DNA of 63,934 nt, counting the filler, from Octopus bimaculoides (taxonomy: Eukaryota), in assembly GCF_001194135.2 (NCBI RefSeq). It is 5 parts of 4 records of this genome, joined end to end, with 100 filler letters (N's around TTAATTAATTAA, not from the genome) between each part and the next. Parts side by side here need not be neighbours in the genome. Positions count along the whole stretch, not along the records: positions 28,402 to 59,543 come from NC_068987.1; positions 59,644 to 61,867 come from NW_026342365.1; 3 more parts are not named here. One strand, 5' to 3'. Position 1 is the first letter of the stretch, and each line of letters begins with the position of its first letter. The notes beneath the pieces were generated by a model, which did no database searches, was not told where the DNA came from, and saw nothing but the letters and a program-made list of their open reading frames with translations. The translations under genes were made by a program, and so were the position numbers. Shown here one piece after another: positions 48,040-61,450 of this stretch.

Positions 48040-48950
48040 ATACTCTACCATGCATCAAAACCAACAGATAAGTCTATCACGTATGCAAGTATATTTGAGT
48101 GTGGTGTATTTGGTAACCAAAATACGGATCCCTCGATTTACAAGTATAAGATATAAAACTACATTACTTATGAGTGTCCAGCTTTTCGATGAAATAAACG
48201 ACTTGCTCGTTGGGTTACACGCACGGTGGACTGGTATATATATGTTCACTTAAACTTAATTCTGAAGTAAGATCAGTACTCCAAGGCCTCAATGAAGTCG
48301 ATCCGAACCGAAGAATGAGTTTTTCAAGTATACTCGCCAAGATCTGTAGACGATGCACACCTTCCAACAAACATTCTTTGAAGTGATGAGGCCATATTTA
48401 AATGAAATGGCTCAACTAACCTCCATATTTGTACCTACGAAGGTCCTGAGAATCGGCATACTTTGGAGAAATAGCATTTTAATTTACCAGGAGTTCCAAT
48501 ATGGAGCAGCGTTTCATCAAAAAGATGAATTAGAGCATTCTTTTTGACGGTATTGTCACAGGATCCATTTACTTGAACCTGCTGCTACAATCTATCACGC
48601 CATGTATTCAAGAGAACTTCGAAAATGTGGCGTTTTAATGCCAAAATGACGGGTCTTTCCCATACACTACAATACTAATGCAAGAACCTAAATTGATGAG
48701 ATTTATCCAAACAGGTCGATTGAATGGAGAGGTTCAGTAGAATATTGTGGCCGTTCACCGGATCTCGTTTCACTAGACTATTTAACGAGGATTATTAAGC
48801 GATGGCAACAGTCAACGAATTACAGGCAGCCATTGAACGAGAATGTGCAGAAATACGGAACGAAGAGTTTCTTTATGTTAACCAAAAAACATTTCACGTT
48901 ATCAAAGTGGCAGCACCAGAACGTTCATTAGTTTGAAAATGGACATCCAT
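48040..48950 (+). mobile_element. Degraded Tc1/mariner-superfamily transposase
   Basis: Motifs resembling FSDEAxF, FFDGIVTGSIYLNLL and RGSVEYCGRSPDLVSLDY. Confidence 0.65.
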
Positions 48951-50129
48951 AATAATAGAATATTCCCTGTACGTCCTATTAAATTTTGAGAATGAAATAT
49001 ATATTAACAAACATCGTATTTATAACAACTCAATGTATGTATACCCTTTCTGGAATACAGTAAATATATATATATATATATATATATTGCAAATGGTCGC
49101 GTGCAGAAAAAAAGAAAGAGGTTGACAGAGAGTTGTGAGAGGGAGATTCATATTAACTTCAATACATAAACACTTATAGTCACAAATGTAATTAACATTT
49201 GATAATTTCATTCTCCCAGCTGGTAATGCCTTGCATTGAACTTTATAATTCAAATCATAAACCTTTACTTTCTTACAGTCATACATTAAATTAACGTATG
49301 AATACATAACAGCTCCCTAATCTTGAATCACGGAACATCGACGATGTTACTAATGGTGGGAAGAGGGATACGCCATCACTCAGCTAATACGCATTTTCCG
49401 TGGGATAAATTTGAGTATGAGGGCAATATCAGTGGCTCACGTCTCGAACAACATTGCATTTAGGCCGAGTGCCTTCATACACAACATGTACTGACATTGA
49501 CAGCTATACAAACACATCGCACATACTCACATGCACACGCATGTACATACATATACGAGCATGTATTATTGTATATAAATATACATACATATATGAGTAT
49601 GTAAATTTATATATGAATATACATATATATGAGTTGCTATCTTTATATGTAAATATACACACACATACATACATACATACATACATACGTACTTACATAC
49701 ATACATACATACATACATAAGTATGTATATCTATATAGTGCTTGGGTGGGGTGGGGGGTGCGTTTATTGAATTTCGAAAAACAAACAGTATGCTGATGGT
49801 GGGAGATTTAAACTTACTAGACTCTAGCATAGTTTCCATACATTTCACTATGTTTAAAAAGCTTGAGACAAATCAAATACATACAGTATGATTCAGGGAG
49901 AGAGCTTGAACTAAGTTGAATAGATACGTTAATTGCTTTTACAATACTCAGAAAATGAACATTTTACTCTGTGGTTGCATCTTATAACTCTTTCAGACTG
50001 TCTGATAACCAGTTTATCAACACATTAAAATGCAAAGGGCTTCCTCGGAACAGAGATTGTGGAATAATATACAGAATGCGTAAGGTATTTGAGGACTTAC
50101 CTTTTGGAGTCATTGGTACATTTTTTCTA

Positions 50130-51045
50130 ACAATGTATAATCTTTCTTTCTGAAAATAATAATGGCAGACACTCAGCATACTCAAGAAATGGAGAGGAGG
50201 CATGCTTTTATTATGATTATAAAGTTTGAGCATAACGATTTAGAAATATCTTGATTTTAAATGTTGCCAGATTTTTCGTCTACAAAATTTGTAAAGAGCT
50301 AGAGACTGAAGATGGAAAAGTATCACCAATATCAAAGCATAAAAAGCATTCTAAACACTCTAGAATCATCAGAACACTCGAATTTATCCAGCAAGTTCGA
50401 CACAACATTGATTACAATTCTAGAAAGTCCATGATGTATATTGCAAAAGATCTCCATGTGTCAGAAGGAATAGTCAGAAATGTTGCCCACGAAGATATCA
50501 GATATAAGTTTTATATGATGAAGAAAATCACTACATTAGATATAGAAGGCTCTTAAACAAACTAAAATATCCAGCAGAATATTTGATTTGGTTTTTCTCA
50601 AACTAGAAAAACTTCGCCCAAAATTAACAGAAGAAATGGCAGATGGTTATGTGCAGACCCTACTGAATTTCCAAGTGTTATGCATACAAAATTTCCTGCT
50701 ACTGTCATGGTTTTAGCAATGAAAGACATGTAATGCCTCTTTACTTCTTTCCACAAGGCCTTACAGTTAGCTCTACCGCCTACATTCAGATCCTTGAAAT
50801 AATTGTTAGGCCCTGGATAGACAGTGTATGCAATGGAAAACCATGTGGATTTCGGTAAGACTCTGCATTATCATATATGGTTCTAGTAACACAGGAATGG
50901 ATGGCTGAAAATTTTCATAATCACATAACCCCTAACATTTTGGCCTCGTAATTCCCCAGATCTCAATTCATTGGACTTTCACATGTGGAGCGTTGTTGAG
51001 AGAGAAGTCAATAAACACACTCATAACATCAAAGTTTCATTGGAA
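50130..51045 (+). mobile_element. maT/DD37D-like transposon, degraded
   Basis: RIIRTLEFIQQV...RKSMMYIAKDLHVSEGIVRNVAHEDIRYK and WPRNSPDLNSLDFHMWSVVEREVNKH. Confidence 0.8.
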
Positions 51046-51900
51046 GGTCCAAAATGATCCAGGTCCACTTGATTCGAGTATGCAGTTGTTTTCGTGGTTT
51101 CACTAGTTCCTTGCTTGCTGGGATGTCTATAAAATCTTTGGTTACATATTTTTGCTTGATTTTTCTAGTATGTTTCGTCTTAATATTTGCTCCTGTAGTA
51201 AGTTCATCGAGAATTTTTCCGTCCGCCCGCAAAATTTCTATCTCTGTTTGTACTACTACTTTCCACTCCGGAAGTCTATTGACATGGTTGGTCCTTTTCT
51301 GTGTCGTTCAGATACCTAATTGAGCAGTTACAACTTTAGCAGTGGAATAGATGAGCTTATTTAAGATTGGTAGATCATTTCCCTTATTTAAGATCTGTCT
51401 AAGAGCAATATTATATATCATGGTTACATTGTTATTTTTTATGCTGTTTGAGAGCTTTGGTAGCGTTTCTCTATTGATCATGTTAGTAAACTCAGTCTTG
51501 CTGAGTTCTCTCATATCTTCTTTTGTTTCTGTGATCTCTTTATTATTCACCTCAAATTCTGTGTCATATCTATTCTGGTGTTCTTGAGGTAGGTTTACTT
51601 CTTCCTCTTTTTCCGCATATCTGTTCTTCGCTATTCTTTCTTTAGCTTCCTCGTTGAGATGTACTGCTCGTACACTGGGTTCTGTACATCTGTTACCTCT
51701 TTCATGTGAATTCTTGCTGTTTCCATTAGGTCTACTATGGCATGATTGTGTTCTGATTTCGTTAATTTCAGCGTCTGTTAATATTTTATTCTTAATGATG
51801 TTTCTACGTTCATTACTTAATTTATTTGCGTTTATATAACTGCGTACTTCGTGGTCTGCTAAGTTTTTCCATGAAGCGTATGTTTGTACAACTAGGTTAT
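51046..51900 (-). mobile_element. R4/Dong-clade LINE, N-terminal part of the ORF
   Basis: NKLSNERRNIIKNKILTDAEINEIR and ILDELTTGANIKTKHTRKIKQKY, typical of R4/Dong ORFs; next to (TAA)n. Confidence 0.6.
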
Positions 51901-51919
51901 TATTTTTATTATTATTACT

Positions 51920-51964
51920 GGTGAGCTGGCAGAATGGTTAGTACGCCGGGCAAAATGCTTAGTG

Positions 51965-52019
<55 letters not shown>

Positions 52020-52260
52020 TATTGTTTTTGTTGTTGTTATTATTGTTATTATCGTCATTATTATTAGATCCTTCGCGTATCGGACAAAATGCTTAGCGGC
52101 ATCTCGCCTGCATTTAGCTTCTGAGTTCAAATTCCTCCACGGTGGACTTGACATTTCATCCTTTACTGAGTTCATAAAATGAGTAACAGTCGAGTAATAG
52201 AGTCGGTGTAATCCACTTATCCCCTCCCTAGATGTTGCTAGCATTGTTCCAAAATTTGAA
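51920..52260 (+). mobile_element. SINE family B interrupted by a (TTA)n tract with a partly duplicated head
   Basis: The motif caaaatgcttag occurs at ~51952 and again at ~52087. Confidence 0.75.
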
Positions 52261-52272
52261 ACCATTATTATC

Positions 52273-52315
<43 letters not shown>

Positions 52316-52356
52316 AGTAGTAGTTTACTATTATCATCATCATCATCATCATCATC

Positions 52357-52421
<65 letters not shown>

Positions 52422-52431
52422 NNNNNNNNNN

Positions 52432-52487
<56 letters not shown>

Positions 52488-52489
<2 letters not shown>

Positions 52490-52775
52490 TAGTCTTTTAT
52501 CACGTGCTTTCACTTCACTATTGAGCGCAGCTCTGTGTGCCTTGGGTATGTGCTGTGGTTTGTTGTGATGCTCTTATTATTACTGTATTGAAAGCGTTAT
52601 ACGTAGGCCGTGTGCGGTGCCTAGTAGTGTTATTTTCTGTATGTTATATATACTTGTTAGTCCTGGTGCTTTTGTTATGTATTAGTGTGAATGTTTTGTT
52701 TATCATACCTAATCCGCCTACAATGATAGGAATTGTTTGTTTTTAGGCTTCACATCCGAGTTACCTCTATTTCTA
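52488..52775 (-). mobile_element. R4/Dong-clade LINE extreme 3' end with (TAA)n tail
   Basis: Translates TIPIIVGGLGMI...PGLT..YNIQKITLLGTAH..R; UTR ends at a TAA array. Confidence 0.75.
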
Positions 52776-52799
52776 TGTACGTACGTATGTATGTATATA

Positions 52800-52975
52800 T
52801 GTATGTATTGTGTCCGTTTGTGTCTGTGTTTTAACAACACCACTATTGCTTCACAACGATGTTGTAAGCACCAAGCTTACAGGGAATAAGTCCAGGGGTC
52901 AATTTCTTCGACTAAATGGTGGTACTCTAACATGGCCACCGTCAAATGACTGAGACAAGTAAAAGAATAAAAGAA
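52800..52975 (+). mobile_element. SINE family A 3' half
   Basis: ataagtccaggggtc...catggccaccgtcaaatgactgagacaagtaaaag. Confidence 0.7.
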
Positions 52976-53144
52976 AAGCAGGAAAAAGTTCCGTACCACA
53001 AAACGAAGAAGGTTCTTTGAGTATGTAGGATGTATTTTAAGGTTAAATAGTTATTCCGTTTACATTTGTGTAACCTATTTTCGTTGGATTATATAGTCAT
53101 TGGCGTTAAATTACTTTCTATATTCTGTAACTGTCACAATATAC

Positions 53145-53290
53145 TTTTCTAGGCCTGAATTTTTTGTGAGGAGGGGGCCAGTTGATTAGATCGACTCAGT
53201 ACACAACTGGTACTTAATTTATCGAGCCCCCAAAGTTGGAAGTCAAAGTTGACCCCGGCAGAATTTGAACTCAGAACGTAAAGACAGACT
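53145..53290 (-). mobile_element. SINE family B
   Basis: ggcagaatttgaactcagaacgtaaag motif. Confidence 0.8.
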
Positions 53291-54469
53291 GTCATAATAT
53301 ACAAACATTTCTCATGGCATCTGTACACTGTTTACAGATGATTACATTTATAAAGTTTTCTGTGATTTTTTCACGGGTCCAGCTAGTAATTATTATTATT
53401 ATTATTATGATTATTATCATTATTAAGGGTTCTAAGATGATTTCAAACGTGTGCTTTCAGATCATGCTCGCCATATGTAAACTTAATGAAATTCTCAAAC
53501 TGAAAAACGTTTGAAAGGTAGTATTTCAGAAACAATGCATCGAACAATAAATGTTTCACCTAATTAGTTTCATTCGCAGGTTTCGGATAAATCCAAGAAC
53601 GTTGTAAAGTTCACTTTCCGAATGCGCCACGTAACGTGTTCGAACGCAGGCAACCCGGTTGTGTGTAAATTTTCCGAACCAATTAGCCATGATGTACGTC
53701 GATATTTATCTGCGTGTGAGTATTTTTTTCTGTACGCATATGCATAAAAAGCACGCAATAACATATCCGCATTCCCTCCCGACACGTACAAACACGCACA
53801 CACATATATATACACATATCCATACATTTATATTATATATGATTGTATGAATGTATGGTTGTACGAATGTATGTATATATGTATGTATGTATGTGTGTAT
53901 GTATGTATGTATGTAATAATGTGCGCATTTATTTATATAAAGACGCATATACATGTGTGCAGGAAATGAAGTCAGAACAACCGGTTTACAGTTCACTAAG
54001 TTAGCACGCGATTCTCTTTTGTTGAAAGAAATCAGGTGAGGCTTCCCAAACTTCATTGGAATTCAGCGTTGGTGTGATCTCAAAGGTGACAGAATTGGTA
54101 AAGAAAGAAAACTCTATAGAAGTTTGTAATTTATTTAAGCTACATGGTAAGGAATAATAACTGGTATTTAATAATTCGTTCGGTCCTCATCGGTCTCCAG
54201 AGGAATCGACATCAGCAAATGGGAAAAATAAAAGAATAAGAAAAAGAAAAGACAACTCATAGTAAATATCTCACAATAATGGAGTTGGAAGCAACTAGAG
54301 GTTCTCAAGAGAGAATCAAAATTTATAACGTTAATAGGATTGCGGTTGCAGTAAAGAATGTAACTGTAACTTGTCTAAAAGTATAAGCATGCGCTGATGG
54401 TGTAAATGGTGGCAAATGGTAGAAAATGGTGGAAAATAGTGATAATGGTGACGGTGGGGATATTACTGA

Positions 54470-55830
54470 TGATGATGATGAGGAGGAGGAGGAGGAGGAG
54501 GAGGAGGAAGACGAGGAGGAGAATAAGGAGGAGGGGAATAAGGAGGTGGAGGAGAATAAGGAGGTGCAGGAGAATAAGGAGGTGGAGGAGAATAAGGAGG
54601 TGGAGGAGAATAAGGAGGAGGAGGAGAATAAGGAGGAGGAGAANNNNNNNNNNNNNNNNNNNNNNNNNNNNNNNNNNNNNNNNNNNNNNNNNNNNNNNNN
54701 NNNNNNNNNNNNNNNNNNNNNNNNNNNNNNNNNNNNNNNNNNNNNNNNNNNNNNNNNNNNNNNNNNNNNNNNNNNNNNNNNNNNNNNNNNNNNNNNNNNN
54801 NNNNNNNNNNNNNNNNNNNNNNNNNNNNNNNNNNNNNNNNNNNNNNNNNNNNNNNNNNNNNNNNNNNNNNNNNNNNNNNNNNNNNNNNNNNNNNNNNNNN
54901 NNNNNNNNNNNNNNNNNNNNNNNNNNNNNNNNNNNNNNNNNNNNNNNNNNNNNNNNAGGATGGGAGGAGAAGGAGAAAAGGTAGGAGGAAGGGGGCGAGA
55001 AGGAGAAGAGGAGGGGGACGAGAAGGAAAAGAGGAGGAGGAGGCAGAGGAGGAGAAAGAGGAGAAAGAAGAGGAGAAAAAAGAGGATGAGGAGGACAGGA
55101 AGGAGGAGGAGAGTAGGAGGACGACAGGAGGAGGAGGACAGGAGGACAGGAGGACAGGAGAACAGGAGGAGAAGGAGGAGAACAGGAGGAGAAGGAGGAG
55201 AAAGAAGGAGGAGAAAAAAGAGGATGAGAGGGATAGGAAGAGGAGGACAGTAGGAGGAGGAACAGAGGGGTTAGTTGTGGAGAAGGAGGTGGAAGAGAAG
55301 AAGGAGGAGGTGGAAGAGAAGAAGGAGGAGGTGAAAGAGAAGAAGGAGGAGGTGAAAGAGAAGAAGGAGGAGGTCGAAGAGAAGAAGGAGGAGGTGGAAG
55401 AGAAGGAGGAGGTGGAAGAGAAGAAGGAGGAGGTGGAAGAGAAGAAGGAGGAGGTGAAAGAGAAGAAGGAGGAGGTGGAAGAGAAGAAGGAGGAGGTGGA
55501 AGAGAAGACAGAGGAGGTGAAAGAGAAGAAGGAGGAGGTGGAAGAGAAGAAAGAGGAGGCGGAAGAGAAGAAGAATGAGGAGGTGGAAGAGAAGAAGGAG
55601 GAGGTGAAAGAGAAGAAGGAGGAGGTGGAAGAGAAGAAAGAGGAGGTGGAAGAGAAGATGGAGGAGGAGGAAGAGAAGGAGGAGGCGGAAGAGAAGAAGA
55701 ATGAGGAGGCGGAAGAGAAGAAGGAGGAGGTGAAAGAGAAGAAGAATGAGGAGGTGGAAGAGAAGAAGGAGGAGGTGGAAGAGAAGAAGGAAGAGGCGGA
55801 AGAGAAGAAGGAGCAGGATGTGAATCGTTG
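54470..55830. repeat. Purine-rich low-complexity array including a 21-bp minisatellite (GAGGAGGTGGAAGAGAAGAAG)n
   Basis: Direct reading; 55277-55831 translates to (EEVEEKK)n. Confidence 0.95.
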
Positions 55831-56319
55831 AATCACAAATACATGATTATGATGGTAAAGCTGTTGAGGGTGATGACGAAGACGACGATGATGACGATGA
55901 GGATGACGTCAACGAAGACGACTATGAGGATGTAGATGAAGACGATGATGACGATGATGTCGATGATGCTGAGGAGGTGGCGGAAGGAGGATGAAAGGGG
56001 AGGAGGGGAACATGGAGGTAATTTTTCACTAACACGGCACCGCCGAGGTCGACTTTGCCTTTCATTCTTTCGGGATCGAAGAGCAGAAAAGAATTTTTCA
56101 CTAACACAGCACGTATTTTATAGGTAACTAGCAAATTTCTCTCGATCGAGAACGCCAGTGCATTAATGCTGACTTTTACGAGCAGGCCTAACTGATGAAA
56201 ACTGGAACTCAACTGCAGCGTTATTTGAACTCGTTTCGTAAATATTCTCAAAGAAATACTGCAGAGGGTTTAGTTAGAAACTACACTGCATCTGCTACCG
56301 TCACGAAAGATCCTTCATC

Positions 56320-56850
56320 ATCAACATCCCCATTATTATCCTTATCATCATCATCATCAACATGCCCGTTATCATCATCATCATCATCATCATTATCGTC
56401 GTCGTCGTCGTCGTCGTCGTCGTAGTCATTAATAAATTCGACACTGGCAGCAACAGCAACAGCATCGTAATGGTTGTCGTCATTATCCATCATCTTCATC
56501 ATCACCATCATTAGCAGCGTCAAGACAAATGTATATCATTACCATCCTCATCCGGTTTCGCATCTTCAACACACTCATCATCACCATCATCATTATCATC
56601 AACATCATCACCGAGATTGTCATCATAACCATAATAATTACCATCATCATCATCATCATCATCAATATTATAATCATCATCATTGCTCTCGTCCCCATAC
56701 CCATCTTCCTTATCAACATCATCACCATCATCATCATGGCAGTTGATAAATGGTGGTGGTGGTGGTGGTGGTGGTGCTGTCGGGGGTGGTGGTGTCGGGG
56801 GTGGTGGTGGTGGTGGTGGTGGTGGTAGTTGATGTAATAATGATGATGGT
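56320..56850. repeat. (CAT)n/(CGT)n/(GGT)n trinucleotide arrays
   Basis: Direct reading. Confidence 0.95.
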
Positions 56851-56851
56851 T

Positions 56852-57810
56852 AAGGCGGCGAGCTGGCAGAAACGTTAGCACGCCGGGCAAAATGCTTAGC
56901 AATATTTCGTCTGTCCTTACGTTCTGAGTTCAAATTCTGCCGAGGTCAACTTTGCCTTCAGTCCTTTCAGGTTCGATAAATTAAGTACTAGTTGCGTACG
57001 GAAGTCGATCTAATCGACTGTGGCCCGTCCCTGAAAATTTCGGGCCTTATGCCTAGAATAGAAAAGAATATGTATCATTTTGTTTCACTGGTACTTAATT
57101 TATCCACCCCGAAAGGCAAAGTCGATTTCGGCGGAATTTGAACTCAGAACGCAGCGGCAGACGAAATACCGCTAAGCATTTCGCCCGGCGTGCTAATGAT
57201 TCTGCCAGCTCGCTGTCTTAACTAGATCAAAATATAGAAGATAACTATGCTATACTATTTCTCTTGTGTACGATGGTTACCTTATGTCTTTCATAGCGCT
57301 CTTACGTATTCAATGATGTGAGCAATAATGCGTATGATGAGCATGCGAAAACGGGCAAACTCATCCAGCATATTACTGCTCTCCTCTGCAAAAGTGAAAG
57401 CATTATTATCCACACATTTAAAGCGGCAAGTTGGCAGAAACGTTAGTACACCGGGCAAAATGCTTAGTGGCGTTTTGCTCGTTCTGAGTTTAAAATCCAC
57501 CGGATTCGACTTCGCCTTTCATCCATCAAGTACTGGGGTAGATGTGATCGAATATCCCCTAACACATTTTCAGGTCTTGCGCATATAGTAAGTAAGGATT
57601 ATCATGCATACATTTAAGATGGCGAGTGGCAAAATCGTTAGCAACATTTCGTACGTCTGTAAGTTCTGAGTTAAAATTTTGTCGAGGTCATTTTCTCTTT
57701 CATCCTTTCGGGGTCAAAAAATAAGTATCAGTTGAGCACTGGAGGTCGACGTAATCGTTTACCTTCTCTCTCAAAATTCCTGGTCTTGTGCCAAAATTTG
57801 AAGCCATTAT
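56852..57810. mobile_element. Cluster of four SINE family B copies
   Basis: 56852-57068 (+), 57085-57220 (-), 57420-57600 (+), 57615-57810 (+). Confidence 0.85.
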
Positions 57811-58094
57811 TATAGACAAATCACATTTTTTAAAACGTACAACAACGAGAGACAATAACAAAGAGAAGACAGTACTGATAAGATATTTCATGTCCATCAA
57901 CACAATTTAACAATATTTCAACTGAATCCATTTATAAATTAAGCAGAAGTGAAGAAAATATCCGCCAACACTGGATTTATGATGAATGCCAGAGCGTGAA
58001 TTTAAGGTAAGCACGCTAAGTCAATGTAGTATTTATTTCAATTGCCTTGCAGTTTTAAAATGTTTAATTCAGTTGATGAAATTCCCACCTTCAG

Positions 58095-58311
58095 TTGCTA
58101 TCTATCTTTTATGTTTTATCTTTTACTTCTTCCGGTCTTTGTAATGCAGCCATGCTGGAGCAGAGCCCTGAAGGATTTAGTCATACAAATTAAGTCTTGT
58201 ACGTACTTTTCAAAGCCTAGTAATTATTCTATCGATATTTTATTGTTGAACTATTAATTTACTGAGACGTATAAACAACAACATCGGTTGTCAAGCGATC
58301 TAGAAGACGAA

Positions 58312-58347
<36 letters not shown>

Positions 58348-58485
58348 TTCCATCTGCTAATTTTATTCAAGTCTTAGGTCGGCTCTGGGATATAATGGAA
58401 AACATTTGTCCAAGAAACCTCACAGTGGTATGAACCCAAGACCAGGTGCTTAGGAAGCAAGTTTCTTGCTACACAGCCATGCCTG
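58095..58485 (-). mobile_element. SINE family A
   Basis: ccatgctggagca..., (CA)n core, acagccatgcctgcgcc head end. Confidence 0.8.
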
Positions 58486-58549
58486 CGCCTATTGTCGAAT
58501 AACATGATAAAAAGCTACAAGAATGCAACAACAATATCTTGAAGTGTTA

Positions 58550-59450
58550 AACGTATATTATGAGATCACATAAGCAACACAAAATGTGGTCCGTTGATTA
58601 TGGAGGAAGACATGAATGAAGAAAAGGAGTGAATGAAAACCTTTACTAAATATACCGATATTTATAATACAAAACAAACAAGATTTCAAATATAAATCAT
58701 TTAATATTCACTGAAAACATAACAAAACACCCAGCTGTATGAAATATATGTAAACACCCGCAAACTAACAAATACATCACATCGGAATTCTCATAATCCT
58801 TCACAAATGATACGCAATATGAGGAGAGAATAGCCATTCACAGAATAAAAGAGTCCGCCAAATGCATTGAAAATATTATAGTTCGTACCAAATGCGAAAA
58901 AATAAAAGAGCTTTACACCTGTAACAAAACAGAGAGAAAAATATGACAAAACCTCAGATACGTATTACATATTTTATCAAAAATATAATCAACTAAATAT
59001 CTAGCCACGGCAATCAAATAATAATAATATGCAGAATAATATACAGAATGTACAGAAGAAAGGCACTCATCACTGTAGATTACTCCAAGCAAGCTTTGAA
59101 GAAAATGTATTTGAAAAGGTAAAGTAGAAGTGACCCTACTATAATCAGAATGGATGAATCAAGAGAAATGTCTGCTCAAAGTAAACGACATCAAAAAGAA
59201 ATCAATTCCATGGAATAAAATATGAAAACAAGGCTGTACGAAATAATTTCCTCGGAAGATAACTCGTGAATTATGGAATTTATGGAATATTATCGAAGGA
59301 AAGGTGGATAGATCTTCGCACAGAAAGTCCCACTTTTGCTAAATCGAACAAAATTGAATCAGACAAAAGAGTTATACTGCAGAAAACAAGAACTTAAAAT
59401 AATAAAAGAATAACAACAACTAAAATGAAAAGACATCCCAGTGAAAAGAA
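58550..59450 (+). mobile_element. Very degraded PLE (RT thumb to endonuclease region)
   Basis: EIYVNTRKLTNTSHRNSHNP resembles the PLE YxKPT...YIHxxSxHP motif; WNII motif near 59285. Confidence 0.35.
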
Positions 59451-59498
59451 TTCAGTCATATCAACAATATTATATACTAAAGCATTTTAAGTTGATAT

Positions 59499-59543
<45 letters not shown>

Positions 59544-59873
59544 NNNNNNNNNNNNNNNNNNNNNNNNNNNNNNNNNNNNNNNNNNNNTTAATTAATTAAN
59601 NNNNNNNNNNNNNNNNNNNNNNNNNNNNNNNNNNNNNNNNNNNGTGTGTGTGTTGGATATGAGGATATAACTATTCAACATCGCCCATCTATCTTGAGGA
59701 GTAATTAATTATTTCATATTATCGTTCGTGAAAAAAATATGAAGGTTTATATTATAGACAAAGACTCCATTGTACATGTTCCTATGCGTGTGTATGTTTA
59801 TACGTATGTACGCATATATGTTTGTACGTATGCTTGTATGTGTGAGTGTATACATATACACATACATACATAT

Positions 59874-59967
<94 letters not shown>

Positions 59968-59987
59968 TACGCATGTACATATATACC

Positions 59988-60038
<51 letters not shown>

Positions 60039-60039
<1 letters not shown>

Positions 60040-60384
60040 GAGCACTCAGAGAGCGCAAACCTCCGCCAAGGCAACACCAACGATTAACTGAAGATGATTT
60101 TTAAAATGAGAATATCTGAAATAAACTCAACTGCTCTCACAAACGAGAATACTAAAAATGAACCTGACCGCTCTTAAAAATTAAGTAAAAAAACAGGAAA
60201 AATAATCCAAAATCCTTGTCTGGTACTGGATCAATCCCAAAATCTAATCAGTTTGTGCCAGTCTCGACAGTAAACAACCTTGAAAGTTTCATCCGAATCC
60301 ATCCAGCGGTTCTTGAGATATCTTGTCCACGGTCAAACAAACAAACACGACTGGGAACAATACCTCCGCTTCCGCCAAGGCAGA

Positions 60385-60390
<6 letters not shown>
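60039..60390. mobile_element. Non-autonomous Helentron/HINE-like element
   Basis: acctccgccaagg near one end, terminal hairpin tacctccgc...gcagaggta at the other, (AAAC)n tract; embedded in (TAA)n. Confidence 0.55.
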
Positions 60391-60417
<27 letters not shown>

Positions 60418-61417
60418 CAAACAAAACATTAATTATGTTTCCGTAATAAACCTGACACTGCTTGTTTCTTTTATTGCATTAACAATCAAAGATTGTTGTT
60501 TATACAATACCGATTATAACCAATATATATATATCGAAGAGATTTGCTCTGTGTGACATTTCTGTCAGGAAACCTACTCGCCGAAGATGACAATGGCTTC
60601 CACGCCATCGCCATATTCACAACACCATAAAAAACAACCACGGCATATCCGGGTTCCTTTCAGTTTATAGAATAAGACGCCTCTTTGTTTTGTTTAGTTT
60701 TTCACTAATTCTTTTGTTTGTCCGTTTCATTTTTTTTTCACTTATCTCTATAACCAGCTGCCTATCCCAGAGGCAGCTGTAATCACTTCAACTCTCAGAG
60801 AATATTTTTTCTTTCACAAATGGACATTTGTTGTTCGTCTCCTAGTATATATGCTGCCGAGTACATATGTGAGTGTGTTTAAGTAATATATATATATGTA
60901 TNNNNNNNNNNNNNNNNNNNNNNNNNNNNNNNNNNNNNNNNNNNNNNNNNNNNNNNNNNNNNNNNNNNNNNNNNNNNNNNNNNNNNNNNNNNNNNNNNNN
61001 NNNNNNNNNNNNNNNNNNNNNNNNNNNNNNNNNNNNNNNNNNNNNNNNNNNNNNNNNNNNNNNNNNNNNNNNNNNNNNNNNNNNNNNNNNNNNNNNNNNN
61101 NNNNNNNNNNNNNNNNNNNNNNNNNNNNNNNNNNNNNNNNNNNNNNNNNNNNNNNNNNNNNNNNNNNNNNNNNNNNNNNNNNNNNNNNNNNNNNNNNNNN
61201 NNNNNNNNNNNNNNNNNNNNNNNNNNNNNNNNNNNNNNNNNNNNNNNNNNNNNNNNNNNNNNNNNNNNNNNNNNNNNNNNNNNNNNNNNNNNNNNNNNNN
61301 NNNNNNNNNNNNNNNNNNNNNNNNNNNNNNNNNNNNNNNNNNNNNNNNNNNNNNNNNNNNNNNNNNNNNNNNNNNNNNTGGGCCCCACCACCACTACCTA
61401 TACTGCCATTACCACTT

Positions 61418-61450
<33 letters not shown>

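Noticed and set aside
50102-50150. Minus-strand exon-like segment with strong splice sites (KERLYIVRKNVPMTPK)
   Set aside because: It lies at the 5' terminus of the maT transposon, so it is probably repeat-derived.
54463-55836. 457-aa minus-strand S/F-rich ORF with extensin-like SPPPPY repeats
   Set aside because: Reverse complement of the purine-rich array, and it spans a gap.
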